This document shows positions 26,571 through 35,902 of a stretch of DNA of 54,245 bases, one piece after another (position 1 is the first letter of the stretch; every line of letters starts with the position of its first letter). This DNA comes from a virus (lineage: Duplodnaviria; Caudoviricetes): positions 1 to 54,245 of IMG/VR virus record IMGVR_UViG_3300002852_000041; one strand, 5' to 3'. The position numbers and the translations under genes were made by a program. The notes under the pieces were generated by a model, which worked only from the letters and a program-made list of their open reading frames with translations, ran no database searches and had not been told where the DNA came from.

Positions 26571-28325
26571 TCACCTCACAATCTCCAGATATTCAGTCCT
26601 GTATCGCATGTAAATGCAATACAGGATTATCAGCGTCACAGCCCCGTCAATTCGTCTGTTCTTAAGGTCATTCACCTTAACCGGCATAATAAGCCCCAGG
26701 TTATCAATTTTCATGGCTGTATTGCCAAGGCACCAGCGGTCAATCGGGTTATTGTTATAGTTAATTAGCTTGCTTTTGAGGTCGGCCTCAACCAACTTCA
26801 TGGGATTGGACAGCGTATTTTTATCCATGGCCACTCTCTCGGTGTCAAAGCCAATATCCTCCATCTCTTTAATCCAGTATTTGGCGTTCCAGTTGTCATA
26901 TCCAGTCTTAAATACCTTGATACCGTATTGTTTATAAAGACTTACAAACCATGCTGTTATCAGGCTGTAATCGTTTTCATTGCCCTTACATACCTCTATC
27001 AGGCCTTCCCGGGCCCACTCCAGGTAATTTTTCTTGTCCTCTTTCTCACCCTGTTCTATCTTGGTTTCCGGGATGAAGTATTTCGTGAGTATATATTTCT
27101 TGGGGTTCCCCGGGCGCATGATTAAAACCTTAGCATTGGCCAGGTCAGTTGTTTCTGACAGGTCAACGGCCCCCAGTCCTATGCATCCCCGGAACTCTTC
27201 CAGGTTGTATGTTTCCTCGTTGATGTACTCATGTTCCAGAAGCCAGGCCTCTGAATTGTTTTGCTTGACATTAAAGTCCTTGGCCAGCACAAAGGCCCGG
27301 GTCGCTTTACTGGTCTTGGCCTCCTCCACCATCCCCCGAAGGAAGCTCCACTTTTTTATAGTCCCGAGGCCCGGGTTGCTCTTAACCCACGTTTTTTCAT
27401 CCTGCCATATTTCTGTCTCACTGTCTTGGGTGTATAGCCAGATTCGCCAGCGTGTGCGATCCAGTTCACCGTCAAGTACCTGCCGAGCTTCCTTTAGCCT
27501 GCCGTCAAGGTAGCCGTCATTGACGAATCCCTCGGTTGAAAGTTCAAAATAAAGCGGCTCGTCTTGGGTGGATAGTGCCTGGCGTATTGGCATGATGGAC
27601 GTGTTATCCTTTAACTCATGCCCTTCATCCACAGCACCGACGCCAATGTTTTTACCCTCTTTTGCACCGGTCTTGGCTGATATTTTGCGAATGTTGCCCT
27701 TATTGCGATATGAAAATTTCCCTTTTTTCTTTGGCTTCTTGGGGTTGCCAAAGTATATGCCTTTGATGTTCTTGCGGGTGACCCTTTCTAGCGCCGGTGA
27801 TTCTTCCCGCATTGCATTTATGGCATCAAACATTAACCCAGCCTGATCGTAATCATTGCTGGAACATAGTATTTTTAAGCCCATCGGGCCGCAGAAGAAT
27901 TCAGCCAAGCATAAAGCTGAAACAAGTGGGGTTTTCCCGTTTTTCCTGCCCACTAAAAAAAGAACATCTTGAACAAGTCTTACCCATCGCTTAAGTTCTT
28001 CGTCGAATATAAAGAATATGTAAATAGACTCGATAAACGCTTTTTGAAATAATTCCAAAATAAAAGGCTTCCCAGCATAGGGAGCCTCTGAGTGTTTGCA
28101 TTTAGTTTCGATGAACTTGATTCGCTTGTGGGCAGGCTCTAAGTCTATCTGTATGGCCGGATCGCTGAACTGCTCTATTATGATATCAAGTTCCTGTATT
28201 ATCTCTCGGCCAACTACTATTTCACCGGACTTGCACTTGTGTATATGCTCTAAGAGAAAAGAATGTGTACCATTATGATTAAAACCGTTTATGACGTTGT
28301 ATGGATAGTCTTTTCCGATACTCAT
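26571..28325 (-). CDS. terL: Terminase large subunit
   Basis: GRKNGKT Walker A, VDEGH Walker B, W.KSNPGLG, DLSETTDL, YDNWNA, RIDG. Confidence 0.96.
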   Translation of the reverse strand: MSIGKDYPYNVINGFNHNGTHSFLLEHIHKCKSGEIVVGREIIQELDIIIEQFSDPAIQIDLEPAHKRIKFIETKCKHSEAPYAGKPFILELFQKAFIESIYIFFIFDEELKRWVRLVQDVLFLVGRKNGKTPLVSALCLAEFFCGPMGLKILCSSNDYDQAGLMFDAINAMREESPALERVTRKNIKGIYFGNPKKPKKKGKFSYRNKGNIRKISAKTGAKEGKNIGVGAVDEGHELKDNTSIMPIRQALSTQDEPLYFELSTEGFVNDGYLDGRLKEARQVLDGELDRTRWRIWLYTQDSETEIWQDEKTWVKSNPGLGTIKKWSFLRGMVEEAKTSKATRAFVLAKDFNVKQNNSEAWLLEHEYINEETYNLEEFRGCIGLGAVDLSETTDLANAKVLIMRPGNPKKYILTKYFIPETKIEQGEKEDKKNYLEWAREGLIEVCKGNENDYSLITAWFVSLYKQYGIKVFKTGYDNWNAKYWIKEMEDIGFDTERVAMDKNTLSNPMKLVEADLKSKLINYNNNPIDRWCLGNTAMKIDNLGLIMPVKVNDLKNRRIDGAVTLIILYCIYMRYRTEYLEIVR

Positions 28326-28648
28326 TCAAACTCACTCAGTTCATCCTCTTCCTCAATGCCACTCTTATTTAACACGCCGTTCAGGGTCTTTATTACAACA
28401 GCGTAACTGTTGACGTTTTTCAGGTAATGCTTGGCCGCCTCGATGGGTTTTTGTATCTCTGGGTGCTGAGGGTGAACCTTAACCATGCCGGTTACAGCAA
28501 TGGACTGCCGCAGGACAAAATTCTCCGCCTTCAAAAAAGCGGCATCCTCAATGAGTCCCTGGACCAGTTTCCTTTTTGCCGGCTCGACATCCTCAAATAT
28601 CTCGGTCAGTTTTTCCAGTTCTTTCTGGTAAACTTCAGCTTTTGACAT
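28322..28648 (-). CDS. terS: Terminase small subunit
   Basis: Overlaps the terL start; LIEDAAFL; acidic C-terminus EEDELSEF. Confidence 0.8.
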   Translation of the reverse strand: MSKAEVYQKELEKLTEIFEDVEPAKRKLVQGLIEDAAFLKAENFVLRQSIAVTGMVKVHPQHPEIQKPIEAAKHYLKNVNSYAVVIKTLNGVLNKSGIEEEDELSEFE

Positions 28649-28752
28649 GTTTCTGAAAACCTCCAGCGAATTTCAAAATTTTCAGTGTGTATGAAAGATA
28701 GGCCCACCTACCGGTCTTGTAAAGTTGATCAATTTTTTTTTAATGGGGGGGG
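28649..28752. other. Probable cos/packaging region
   Basis: Intergenic between HNH and terS; minus strand C8, A-tract, GACCGGTAGGTGGG; usual position in HNH-cos phages. Confidence 0.55.
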
Positions 28753-29439
28753 CTATGCTACTGTGTATGCCGCAAACCACTTCTCGATATAACCCCGCCA
28801 CTCGTCTTGCCTGCATCGCCGGTCCTCGTCCACCTCAAGACGTCTCAAGCATTCATCTTTGCTCACATCACAGAATATCAGCTCGGCTCCCAGGTCATCG
28901 GCCAGCTTATCTCTCTTGTACCTATCGGCATACCCACCGATTACCCATGCGCTGTGCCACTTGCCATACCTGGTCTTGATATTATCGATAAGCAGGTTGT
29001 GTATGCCTCTGACATTACTGAAGAGGTTATCAGGTTTGTCGTAACTCGGCAGCAGCGACACCGCCTGATACAGTCTATCCATATCCACCACCAGATCCCC
29101 GCGCCCTGCATACTCCTGCACATATGCCACCTTCCCCGATAGCGGCGCACCAAAGACAATGTACACACCTTTACTTGGCTTATAGCCAAACCTGTTATGT
29201 ACCTTGTTATGACACTCGTGGCACACTATCAGAACATTAGCCGGGTTAAGCGATATCGATGTGTCCTGTACGTTCTCAGGTGTAAGTTCTATCTTGTGGT
29301 GTACCGTAATGTCTTTAACCTTAAGAACCAATTCATGGCAACACTCACACTTCAAGCCTCTCTCGGCTATTATCAGAAGCCTAAACGCCTGCCAAGCATA
29401 ACTTGCATAGAATGATTTCAGGATAGAGTATTTAGCCAT
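28753..29439 (-). CDS. Terminase-associated HNH endonuclease fused to a P-loop-like domain
   Basis: FY.S.AW, CECC, VHHK, N...VCHECHNKVH; VFGAPLSGK. Confidence 0.9.
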   Translation of the reverse strand: MAKYSILKSFYASYAWQAFRLLIIAERGLKCECCHELVLKVKDITVHHKIELTPENVQDTSISLNPANVLIVCHECHNKVHNRFGYKPSKGVYIVFGAPLSGKVAYVQEYAGRGDLVVDMDRLYQAVSLLPSYDKPDNLFSNVRGIHNLLIDNIKTRYGKWHSAWVIGGYADRYKRDKLADDLGAELIFCDVSKDECLRRLEVDEDRRCRQDEWRGYIEKWFAAYTVA

Positions 29440-29440
29440 A

Positions 29441-29764
29441 CTACCACAAATCCTTTTGATCAGGGTACAAGCCTTTTAATCTGAAAAACTCCTTCATGGC
29501 CGCTACATTTCCACGTTTACATTGATTTATTAAAGCCCTCCATACTTCAGGAAGTTCCCCATCGGTATATTGGCTAAGTTGTTCGTTTATATAATCTATA
29601 TACCTTTTATCTTTCATCCATCTATAAAAGGTTTTCCTGGAAACATCGACCTCTTTCATTTTTTCGGTTTTAGTTCTCCTGTCGTCAGGGTTTAGAAGGA
29701 GATCGGCCAGTGTTATTTGCTTTTGGTTTGGCCTCCATTTTGTTTCTTTTTGTTTCCTTCCCAA
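29441..29764 (-). CDS. phBC6A51-like HTH protein
   Basis: TTG start at 29764; VSRKTFYRWMKD, GNVAAMK. Confidence 0.75.
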   Translation of the reverse strand: MGRKQKETKWRPNQKQITLADLLLNPDDRRTKTEKMKEVDVSRKTFYRWMKDKRYIDYINEQLSQYTDGELPEVWRALINQCKRGNVAAMKEFFRLKGLYPDQKDLW

Positions 29765-30329
29765 TATCACCACCAGCCAATATATCAGGTACTTCCTGAT
29801 TAAATCCATTCCAGTCAAAACCAAACCTACGTAGAATGTCTTTAAAGTCCTCTACGTCGTGGTTCTCAATCCTTAAACCTTTTTCACCTATGCCAATATG
29901 CCTCAGTTCATGTAGCATAAGTATCTTCTTTTGGTTCTCGGTCATGTGATAGATGTTAGGCTCATAAAAGGTTATTATAAAGTCAAAAGGAAGGTAAGCG
30001 GTATATGTGCCCCTAACCTTCCTGCAATCTGCATTAACCTGTTTGCCTTTATCCCGCTTTGCCTCATAGCTTCTAACGTAGCCGACTTTTATATCGCCAT
30101 CACGTATAATCCACAACTCTGGCATTGCAGCTATTACTTTCTCTCCTAGCTCCCTCAAATCTTCAGCTACTTCATAGTCCACCAAGTTTAAATCTTTCCT
30201 GAGATTTTTTATTAGGCTCGCCTTTTCTTCTGCCCTTGCTTCAGTGTATAACCTAGTCAAGGCGTTTAGAGCTTGACAAGGAAGCTCGCAATTCCTTCCA
30301 CACCTGTGGCAAATTAAATTCTCAGCCAT
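29685..30329 (-). CDS. Putative phage metallopeptidase
   Basis: DFIITFY, HELRH, HDVEDF; ATG 30329 after AGGTGG. Confidence 0.8.
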   Translation of the reverse strand: MAENLICHRCGRNCELPCQALNALTRLYTEARAEEKASLIKNLRKDLNLVDYEVAEDLRELGEKVIAAMPELWIIRDGDIKVGYVRSYEAKRDKGKQVNADCRKVRGTYTAYLPFDFIITFYEPNIYHMTENQKKILMLHELRHIGIGEKGLRIENHDVEDFKDILRRFGFDWNGFNQEVPDILAGGDIGKETKRNKMEAKPKANNTGRSPSKP

Positions 30330-30461
30330 TGCACCACCTGAAATCTCTCTGTTAAGAGCCCGAAGGCTCCCCGGATGCCCTTTTGGGTTGACCCCGGCGA
30401 ATAAATAAAGACGGTTCAAGCCGCCCGGGCTAACCGTCTTCAGTACATCCTTAAACGAAAA

Positions 30462-30485
30462 ACCGCCCTGTTTAGAAGGCGGCTC
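30462..30485 (-). terminator. Terminator in the late-operon leader
   Basis: Minus strand GCCGCC-TTCTAAACAG-GGCGGT-TTTTCGTTT. Confidence 0.7.
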
Positions 30486-30520
30486 TTAAGTGTTTTCCGG
30501 ACATTCGATTTTACGGTACC

Positions 30521-30577
30521 AGTTTACCACCTTTTTATTTGCATGTAAAATGCAACTTTTTTGCAAGGTATTTGCAG
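30521..30577 (-). promoter_or_regulatory. Putative late promoter with TGCA-repeat activator sites
   Basis: Extended -10 TGgTAAACT; palindrome TTGCAT-GTAAA-ATGCAA and two more TTTGCA; directly downstream of the activator gene. Confidence 0.5.
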
Positions 30578-30590
30578 ACCCTGAAACCCT

Positions 30591-31124
30591 TTATATATCT
30601 AGTCTCAGCCCGTCTACACCAAACAATAATATGCTCAATTCACGTACCATTTCATTCTTCCAGCGGCGTACTGAATCCGTGCTACAGTTTAATTCATGAG
30701 CTACTGCCTCAATTAGTTCTCCCCAGGCGATATCCCGCCGGGCCCTATCCAAATACAGGCAGTAGATAACCTCATACTTTTCTGGCTGCCCCTTACTTGC
30801 CTGCTTAAGCCTCAGGATGTTAAGGCAGGTATCTATCTGGGTAATCATTATCAGCGTTCTGACCCGGCTGCGCTTGATTGCCTTGATGATAACATCATCT
30901 ACATCCAGTTCTTCCAGGTCCTCCACGCTTATGATGTCAGACACCTTATCTTTTGCGTTCTCGTAATGGTCCAATAGACTTAGGTATTTTTTGAGAAGTA
31001 GCTCAGTGTTATGATACCTGGTTCTGCGGATTTGCTGCCGCTCCTCGTCTTTGAACTCTTTCAAGGCCTCTGCCGCTGCAGCTTTTGCTATGTCGTATGT
31101 CTTAGCGGTATTTTTCTTTCTCAT
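30591..31124 (-). CDS. Late transcriptional activator (ArpU/RinA-like)
   Basis: NTELLLKKY; C-terminal HTH VAHELNCSTDSVRRWKN..LSILLFG; position before the packaging genes. Confidence 0.8.
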   Translation of the reverse strand: MRKKNTAKTYDIAKAAAAEALKEFKDEERQQIRRTRYHNTELLLKKYLSLLDHYENAKDKVSDIISVEDLEELDVDDVIIKAIKRSRVRTLIMITQIDTCLNILRLKQASKGQPEKYEVIYCLYLDRARRDIAWGELIEAVAHELNCSTDSVRRWKNEMVRELSILLFGVDGLRLDI

Positions 31125-31357
31125 ACGGGCACCCCCAGTTTCTGCCTTATATTCTCCGGTATGTTTCGCCCTTCCCAGAATTTATGCTTTAGCTTTGGCC
31201 TAAAATAACAGCACCAGCTGCCTTCCCGCTTTTTGCACAAACACCCGTAATTCTTGATTTGTTTATGGCTTAAATACCAAAGGTGATATTTACATAGTCC
31301 TACCTGCCTGGACCTCTTAGGTCTGGAGTACGGTACCCTCCTCGCCACCTTAACCAC
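31121..31357 (-). CDS. Hypothetical Cys-rich basic protein
   Basis: GTG start with GGAGG; overlaps the next gene. Confidence 0.55.
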   Translation of the reverse strand: MVKVARRVPYSRPKRSRQVGLCKYHLWYLSHKQIKNYGCLCKKREGSWCCYFRPKLKHKFWEGRNIPENIRQKLGVPV

Positions 31358-31379
31358 CTCCGTGTGGCCTTTTAGTTAA

Positions 31380-31793
31380 TCATCGTAAGTTTTGAATGGC
31401 TATATAAATCCCCGGTATATCAGCCCAGAACTTCTCCGTCACTTCACTGGCCACCAGTGCATCGTCAGTCCAGTATCCCAGGCCAGTCATAACATCCTTG
31501 AGCAGCTTTTGCAGGTTATCAGTATCTGGTTTGGTGGCCTTATACTCGCCATTCTGGTGTTTACCTTTGACCGGAAAACACCACTTCACCACCAGCTGCA
31601 CTGCAGTCATATATTTTTTAGCCGGTACGTGCTTGGCCAAGTGGGCCTGCAGTTTTGCTCGGGCTGCCTTTAATTCCGGCGGGTCATAGAATACAGGTTT
31701 ACCATCCTTGCAGGTTACTTCGTGCTCCTGGTGAGTGATGGTCGGCGGTCGCATCGGCAGGAAGAATTCAGTCCGCATAGTTTCACGTCCCAC
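31380..31793 (-). CDS. rusA: RusA-family Holliday junction resolvase
   Basis: KPDTDNLQKLLKD......WTDD. Confidence 0.92.
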   Translation of the reverse strand: MGRETMRTEFFLPMRPPTITHQEHEVTCKDGKPVFYDPPELKAARAKLQAHLAKHVPAKKYMTAVQLVVKWCFPVKGKHQNGEYKATKPDTDNLQKLLKDVMTGLGYWTDDALVASEVTEKFWADIPGIYIAIQNLR

Positions 31794-31832
31794 TTTTTAC
31801 GTTTTTGTTTTTAACCTCTCGTGTTTGCCCTA

Positions 31833-32185
31833 GTCACTGGATGGATAGGGGAGGTAGTCGTCGTGCGCAGCTTAACGCACGACTACGTACCCCCATCAGT
31901 GACCAGCGCGTGAGTGCTGCAGAAATAAGGAATTATAGGATAGTGTTTTCTGCAACCAAATTAGCACTCTGCTGCAAAATACATGTTTTCTGTTTTCTGC
32001 AACGTGCAGAAAACGTGATTTATGTTTTTTGCAACCATGGTATCTGTGAGCTTTTGAGGTGTATTGCAAAAAACGCTTTTCATGTTTTATGCAACCAAAT
32101 GTTTCTTAGTGTAGAATTGCAGATTTACGTTTTCTGCAATCAGTTACTACTTTGCAAGATTGCATGAATTACGTTTTTTGCAACC
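31833..32185. repeat. Putative replication origin: long hairpin plus iterons
   Basis: GTTTT(C/T/A)TGCAA at 31945, 31992, 32024, 32084, 32129, 32173; inverted copies at 32005 and 32064; imperfect hairpin 31833-31903. Confidence 0.75.
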
Positions 32186-32199
32186 ATCCGAAAACTTTA

Positions 32200-34410
32200 T
32201 CACTCCTGTTTTCTGGTAACCACATTCTGATTTATTTCAAAACCACCGTGTTCTTTTATCCTTGCTCTTACAGTTCTCTCGGCTATTCCCATTGATTCTG
32301 CCAGCGTTTGAACCGTGGGAGGCTCCCCGAAATTGCAGCTATTTATTGCATTTTCTAGTGATGCTTTTCTATCTTTTTGCTTTACTGCTTTAGGCTTCCG
32401 TTTATCCATAGCCCTTTTCCACGGCGGCTTCTCCCCCTCGGCCTCCACATCCTTAAGCACCCCAATGTTATCCACATAATGCACAGGGTAATCGAACCAC
32501 AAATTAGCCGGCTTAAACTTCGGAAACTCCCTTAAGGTGCCGTCAATTCTCCACGCTGTGCGCTGCTGTACGGCCTGCCTGGCGGCGTAAACCTCCGGCA
32601 GCATGTCCTGGTATAGTGTTAGCCCTAAAAGGCGCTCACAGGCCGGCAAGAACTGTTTCTCGCTGCACTGGTCGTCCTGGGATACCTCTTCGCTCCAGTT
32701 CTTTTTATGCTTGTTCAGCCATGCCTCACACACCGCACAAACAGCCTTGTTTTCCTCCTGTTTCAGCAGGTCATCAGTGAGGTCAAGTTCTATGTAGTCC
32801 AGTAGCGCATCGGGATCCCGGGCAAACACACCTGAACCGCTGGCTCGGTCCATGCTGCGCTTACTACCCTGGCTGCCTTTGCTGTGGTGGTGGCAATAAA
32901 TTACGGCCGCCCCCAACTCCGTGCACACCCGGTCAAATTGATTACAGAAGTGGGCCATTTGGTCTGCACTGTTTTCATCACCGGTAATAATTTTATAGAT
33001 GGGATCAATCACGATGGCAATGTAGTTTTTCTTCTGGGCCCTCCGGATCAACTTCGGCGCCAGCTTGTCCATGGGCACCGACTTTCCCCGCAGGTTCCAG
33101 ATATCAATATTCCTCACATTGTTAGGCTGCCAGCCTAATGCCGTATAAACGTCTTTAAACCGGTGCAGGCAGCTGGCCCGGTCAAGCTCCAGGTTTACAT
33201 ACATCACCTTGCCCTGGGCGCACTGCCATCCCAGCCACTTCCTGCCCTCTGCAATGGCAACACATAACTCAGTAAGTGCAAATGATTTTCCGGCCTTGCT
33301 GGGGCCGGCCAGGAGCATCTTGTGGCCCTGTCGGAGTACATTATTAATTAATGGCGGCGCCAGTTCAGGCAGGTTGTCCCATGCCTCTGCCATGCTTTCC
33401 GGCTCCGGAAGGTCATCGTTAATACCCTCAATCCACTCCTGCCACTCTGTCCATGATTCTTTGCCAATGTTGGTATCGACCAAAAATTGTTTATGGCCGT
33501 TACGCATCACCCCAGGCATACGGGAGAGCCTGGACGGGTTCCGGTTCTGGGTATCTACCTTAAGTCCATTTCGTTTACAAACGTCATAAAGGTAGTTAAC
33601 TCGCTTGCGATATTCCTCATAATTACCAGCATCTACCTTGACAATAGCGTGTATTGATTTTTTCCCGCTATGAACTAGGCAAGCTATTGGCAATTCAAGT
33701 TCTCGCATGATAGCGTGCTGTCGTTCAAGGTCCATATCATCTGATTCAACCAAAGAATACCTGAAATCAGTTACATTATCATTTTTACATCCAGTGCCAT
33801 CCAAGGGATTAAATCTTATCCATGCTCCTACTTCCGGCTTATAGTCACCAAGTACACTGCCAATATCACCATTACAACTGCTAAGTTGTTGGATTAATTG
33901 ACCAGCGGTACGGTCCCAGCACCCCTTTGTGGGTAAGTGCTTACCTTCCTTTTCCCAGCTATCGCAAACATAGCCCACATTGTCATTGGCCTCAAACAGT
34001 ATTTCAAGGTATTTAATTAGGTGTTCAACCGGGTTCCATTCACTGGGTTCTGTGACCTCACGCCCCTCGACCCAGTTTTTATCTACCACAACCAGGTCGC
34101 CCTTGTTGCCGATAACGGAATCCCATTCAAGCTCATAGCCTGGCCCCGTGTCCTTTGGTTCCGGCGTCCATCCCTGGTCCCTGGCAAGCTGGACCAGTGT
34201 GCCGGCCGTCACCGGGTTAGGGGAGCCGTGAAAACTCCCCCACTTCCGGAAACACTCCCCTGCATGGTACCGGCCCGGGTCACGCTTAGACCAATTATCC
34301 CAGTCGGCAGCGGTAAAACCGGCATCCTTTAAGGCCATGCCAACATTTACCCAGTCCTGGTAATCCAGGACAGCGGGGTCTATATGTTCAAGTAGCTCAA
34401 GTTCGGTCAT
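32200..34410 (-). CDS. Primase-helicase (PriCT-2 + RepA-like AAA_25)
   Basis: YQDWVNVGMALK; LVESD/HSG.KSIHA; GPSKAGKS, IDP, HHHSKG, ASGSGVFARDPD. Confidence 0.92.
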   Translation of the reverse strand: MTELELLEHIDPAVLDYQDWVNVGMALKDAGFTAADWDNWSKRDPGRYHAGECFRKWGSFHGSPNPVTAGTLVQLARDQGWTPEPKDTGPGYELEWDSVIGNKGDLVVVDKNWVEGREVTEPSEWNPVEHLIKYLEILFEANDNVGYVCDSWEKEGKHLPTKGCWDRTAGQLIQQLSSCNGDIGSVLGDYKPEVGAWIRFNPLDGTGCKNDNVTDFRYSLVESDDMDLERQHAIMRELELPIACLVHSGKKSIHAIVKVDAGNYEEYRKRVNYLYDVCKRNGLKVDTQNRNPSRLSRMPGVMRNGHKQFLVDTNIGKESWTEWQEWIEGINDDLPEPESMAEAWDNLPELAPPLINNVLRQGHKMLLAGPSKAGKSFALTELCVAIAEGRKWLGWQCAQGKVMYVNLELDRASCLHRFKDVYTALGWQPNNVRNIDIWNLRGKSVPMDKLAPKLIRRAQKKNYIAIVIDPIYKIITGDENSADQMAHFCNQFDRVCTELGAAVIYCHHHSKGSQGSKRSMDRASGSGVFARDPDALLDYIELDLTDDLLKQEENKAVCAVCEAWLNKHKKNWSEEVSQDDQCSEKQFLPACERLLGLTLYQDMLPEVYAARQAVQQRTAWRIDGTLREFPKFKPANLWFDYPVHYVDNIGVLKDVEAEGEKPPWKRAMDKRKPKAVKQKDRKASLENAINSCNFGEPPTVQTLAESMGIAERTVRARIKEHGGFEINQNVVTRKQE

Positions 34411-34661
34411 GACCAGACCTCCGAATCTAAGAGTAAATTTGGCTGTTTCATTTCATGCCCCCTATTTCCTCGGTATCTTTTTGCTTTCCCCGCCCCCATA
34501 AGCGCACCACGCACAATCGGGCTCGCCCTCTGCTGTTAGCCTCATCCTCCAGTAGCACTCCGGCGGGTATCCGGGGTACATGTCACGCCATGGGTATGTG
34601 CAAGGCATGTCTGCCATTATTGCGCCCTCCTTGTGTGTGGTGTCTATATTGTTGTGCAGCA

Positions 34662-35387
34662 TTAGGAACTGCGCCTTGCTGGTGCAAGTGCAACTTCCCC
34701 ATTTGAACCCTTAAAAAACAAGGTTTTCCATGTGTCTTTGAGTTTATAAAAAACAGAGATTTCACCTAAAAGCGCATTCTCTATTATGCTTAACATATTA
34801 TCGTTAACAAGTATTTCCGTGTCCTCAATTACCAGATAAGCCTTATCATAATCACGTGGATTATCTTTATTTTTCCCCTCATATCTCCTGGTAATTTGCG
34901 AAAACATTACACTTTTATAGTCGGCAATGTTATTAAATATTGCCTTATAATTTGGATATGAAACACTTACTATCCCGGCCCTGTCGTTGTCCAATACAAC
35001 AACAATCTTACCTTTCAAGGCATCAGGTATGCAGTCACATTTTAATTTGCAAAGCATGAACATATCCGATGCAACCATGCATCCATCATGATCCATGTAA
35101 ACACCTAAAAATGCTGGTCTATGATTCTCTCTTGTGGTAAAATTTTTGGCAACATCAAAAGTATGTTTAAATACCTCTGATAACTCCACGGTAATGTAGT
35201 CAGAAATTGCATTTTTGATAGCTTCCTCGTATTCTTCCCGCTCTTTTTTGGTTATATCTTCAGGTTTTACTTCCTCCCAATAGTCATAATAATCATGCTC
35301 ATAATGTTCACATTCTTCGCACATGTTGCTGTCAGCGTTTTTACAATAATCACAATCTCCATAATGACTACTCTTTATATTTTTCAC
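34662..35387 (-). CDS. AT-rich cassette gene: Cys cluster + beta-clamp-like domain
   Basis: CDYC..C..C; RPAFLGVY......VASD.F.L, YPNYKAI, LAP.R; GTG start at 35387. Confidence 0.55.
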   Translation of the reverse strand: MKNIKSSHYGDCDYCKNADSNMCEECEHYEHDYYDYWEEVKPEDITKKEREEYEEAIKNAISDYITVELSEVFKHTFDVAKNFTTRENHRPAFLGVYMDHDGCMVASDMFMLCKLKCDCIPDALKGKIVVVLDNDRAGIVSVSYPNYKAIFNNIADYKSVMFSQITRRYEGKNKDNPRDYDKAYLVIEDTEILVNDNMLSIIENALLGEISVFYKLKDTWKTLFFKGSNGEVALAPARRSS

Positions 35388-35419
35388 TCTTTTATTCACC
35401 TCTTTCTTAATGAACAACA

Positions 35420-35530
35420 TTACCATTTCACACTCAACCAGCTAACCGCACACCTCAAACACAGCCACCGATCCCCGACATTCACCCGGGCGGGTTGTCC
35501 GCAGTTATGGCAACTATCATGACCTTCCAT
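35420..35530 (-). CDS. 36-aa zinc-finger peptide
   Basis: Hand translation: MEGHDSCHNCGQPARVNVGDRWLCLRCAVSWLSVKW; GGGGAGG RBS. Confidence 0.55.
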   Translation of the reverse strand: MEGHDSCHNCGQPARVNVGDRWLCLRCAVSWLSVKW

Positions 35531-35548
35531 TCACTTTAAGCCTCCCCA

Positions 35549-35881
35549 CTATTTGACCAACCTTAAATGCGATTTTTTAACCTTGGCTGAGTTGACCTTT
35601 TCAATGCCTTCATTCTCAAAATAAACGGCCACGTTGCGCATTATTTCGGCAATTCTAAAGAAGTCGAGAGATTTTTGTCTTTTACATTGCACACTTGCAA
35701 ATTCGGTATCAACTTCTCCAAAAAGTTCCAGCCTTATTAATAGCGGTTCGCCCTTATCGTTCTTTAGTTTTCCTGGTATAGCTTGTTCTACTTTATTGTT
35801 TTGGCCGATAGTAAACCCAATATAACCACTAATCAACAGGGTGGCCGCTATGGGTACCAGCACATCAAATATGTTCACCAT
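35549..35881 (-). CDS. Hypothetical protein with N-terminal TM
   Basis: AAGGAGG RBS; hydrophobic N-terminus. Confidence 0.65.
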   Translation of the reverse strand: MVNIFDVLVPIAATLLISGYIGFTIGQNNKVEQAIPGKLKNDKGEPLLIRLELFGEVDTEFASVQCKRQKSLDFFRIAEIMRNVAVYFENEGIEKVNSAKVKKSHLRLVK

Positions 35882-35902
35882 CCCGTGCGCCTCCTTACAA
35901 AT

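Noticed and set aside
31945-32185. CRISPR array
   Set aside because: Repeats are only 11-13 bp, degenerate, in both orientations and irregularly spaced; no cas genes; an origin explains them better
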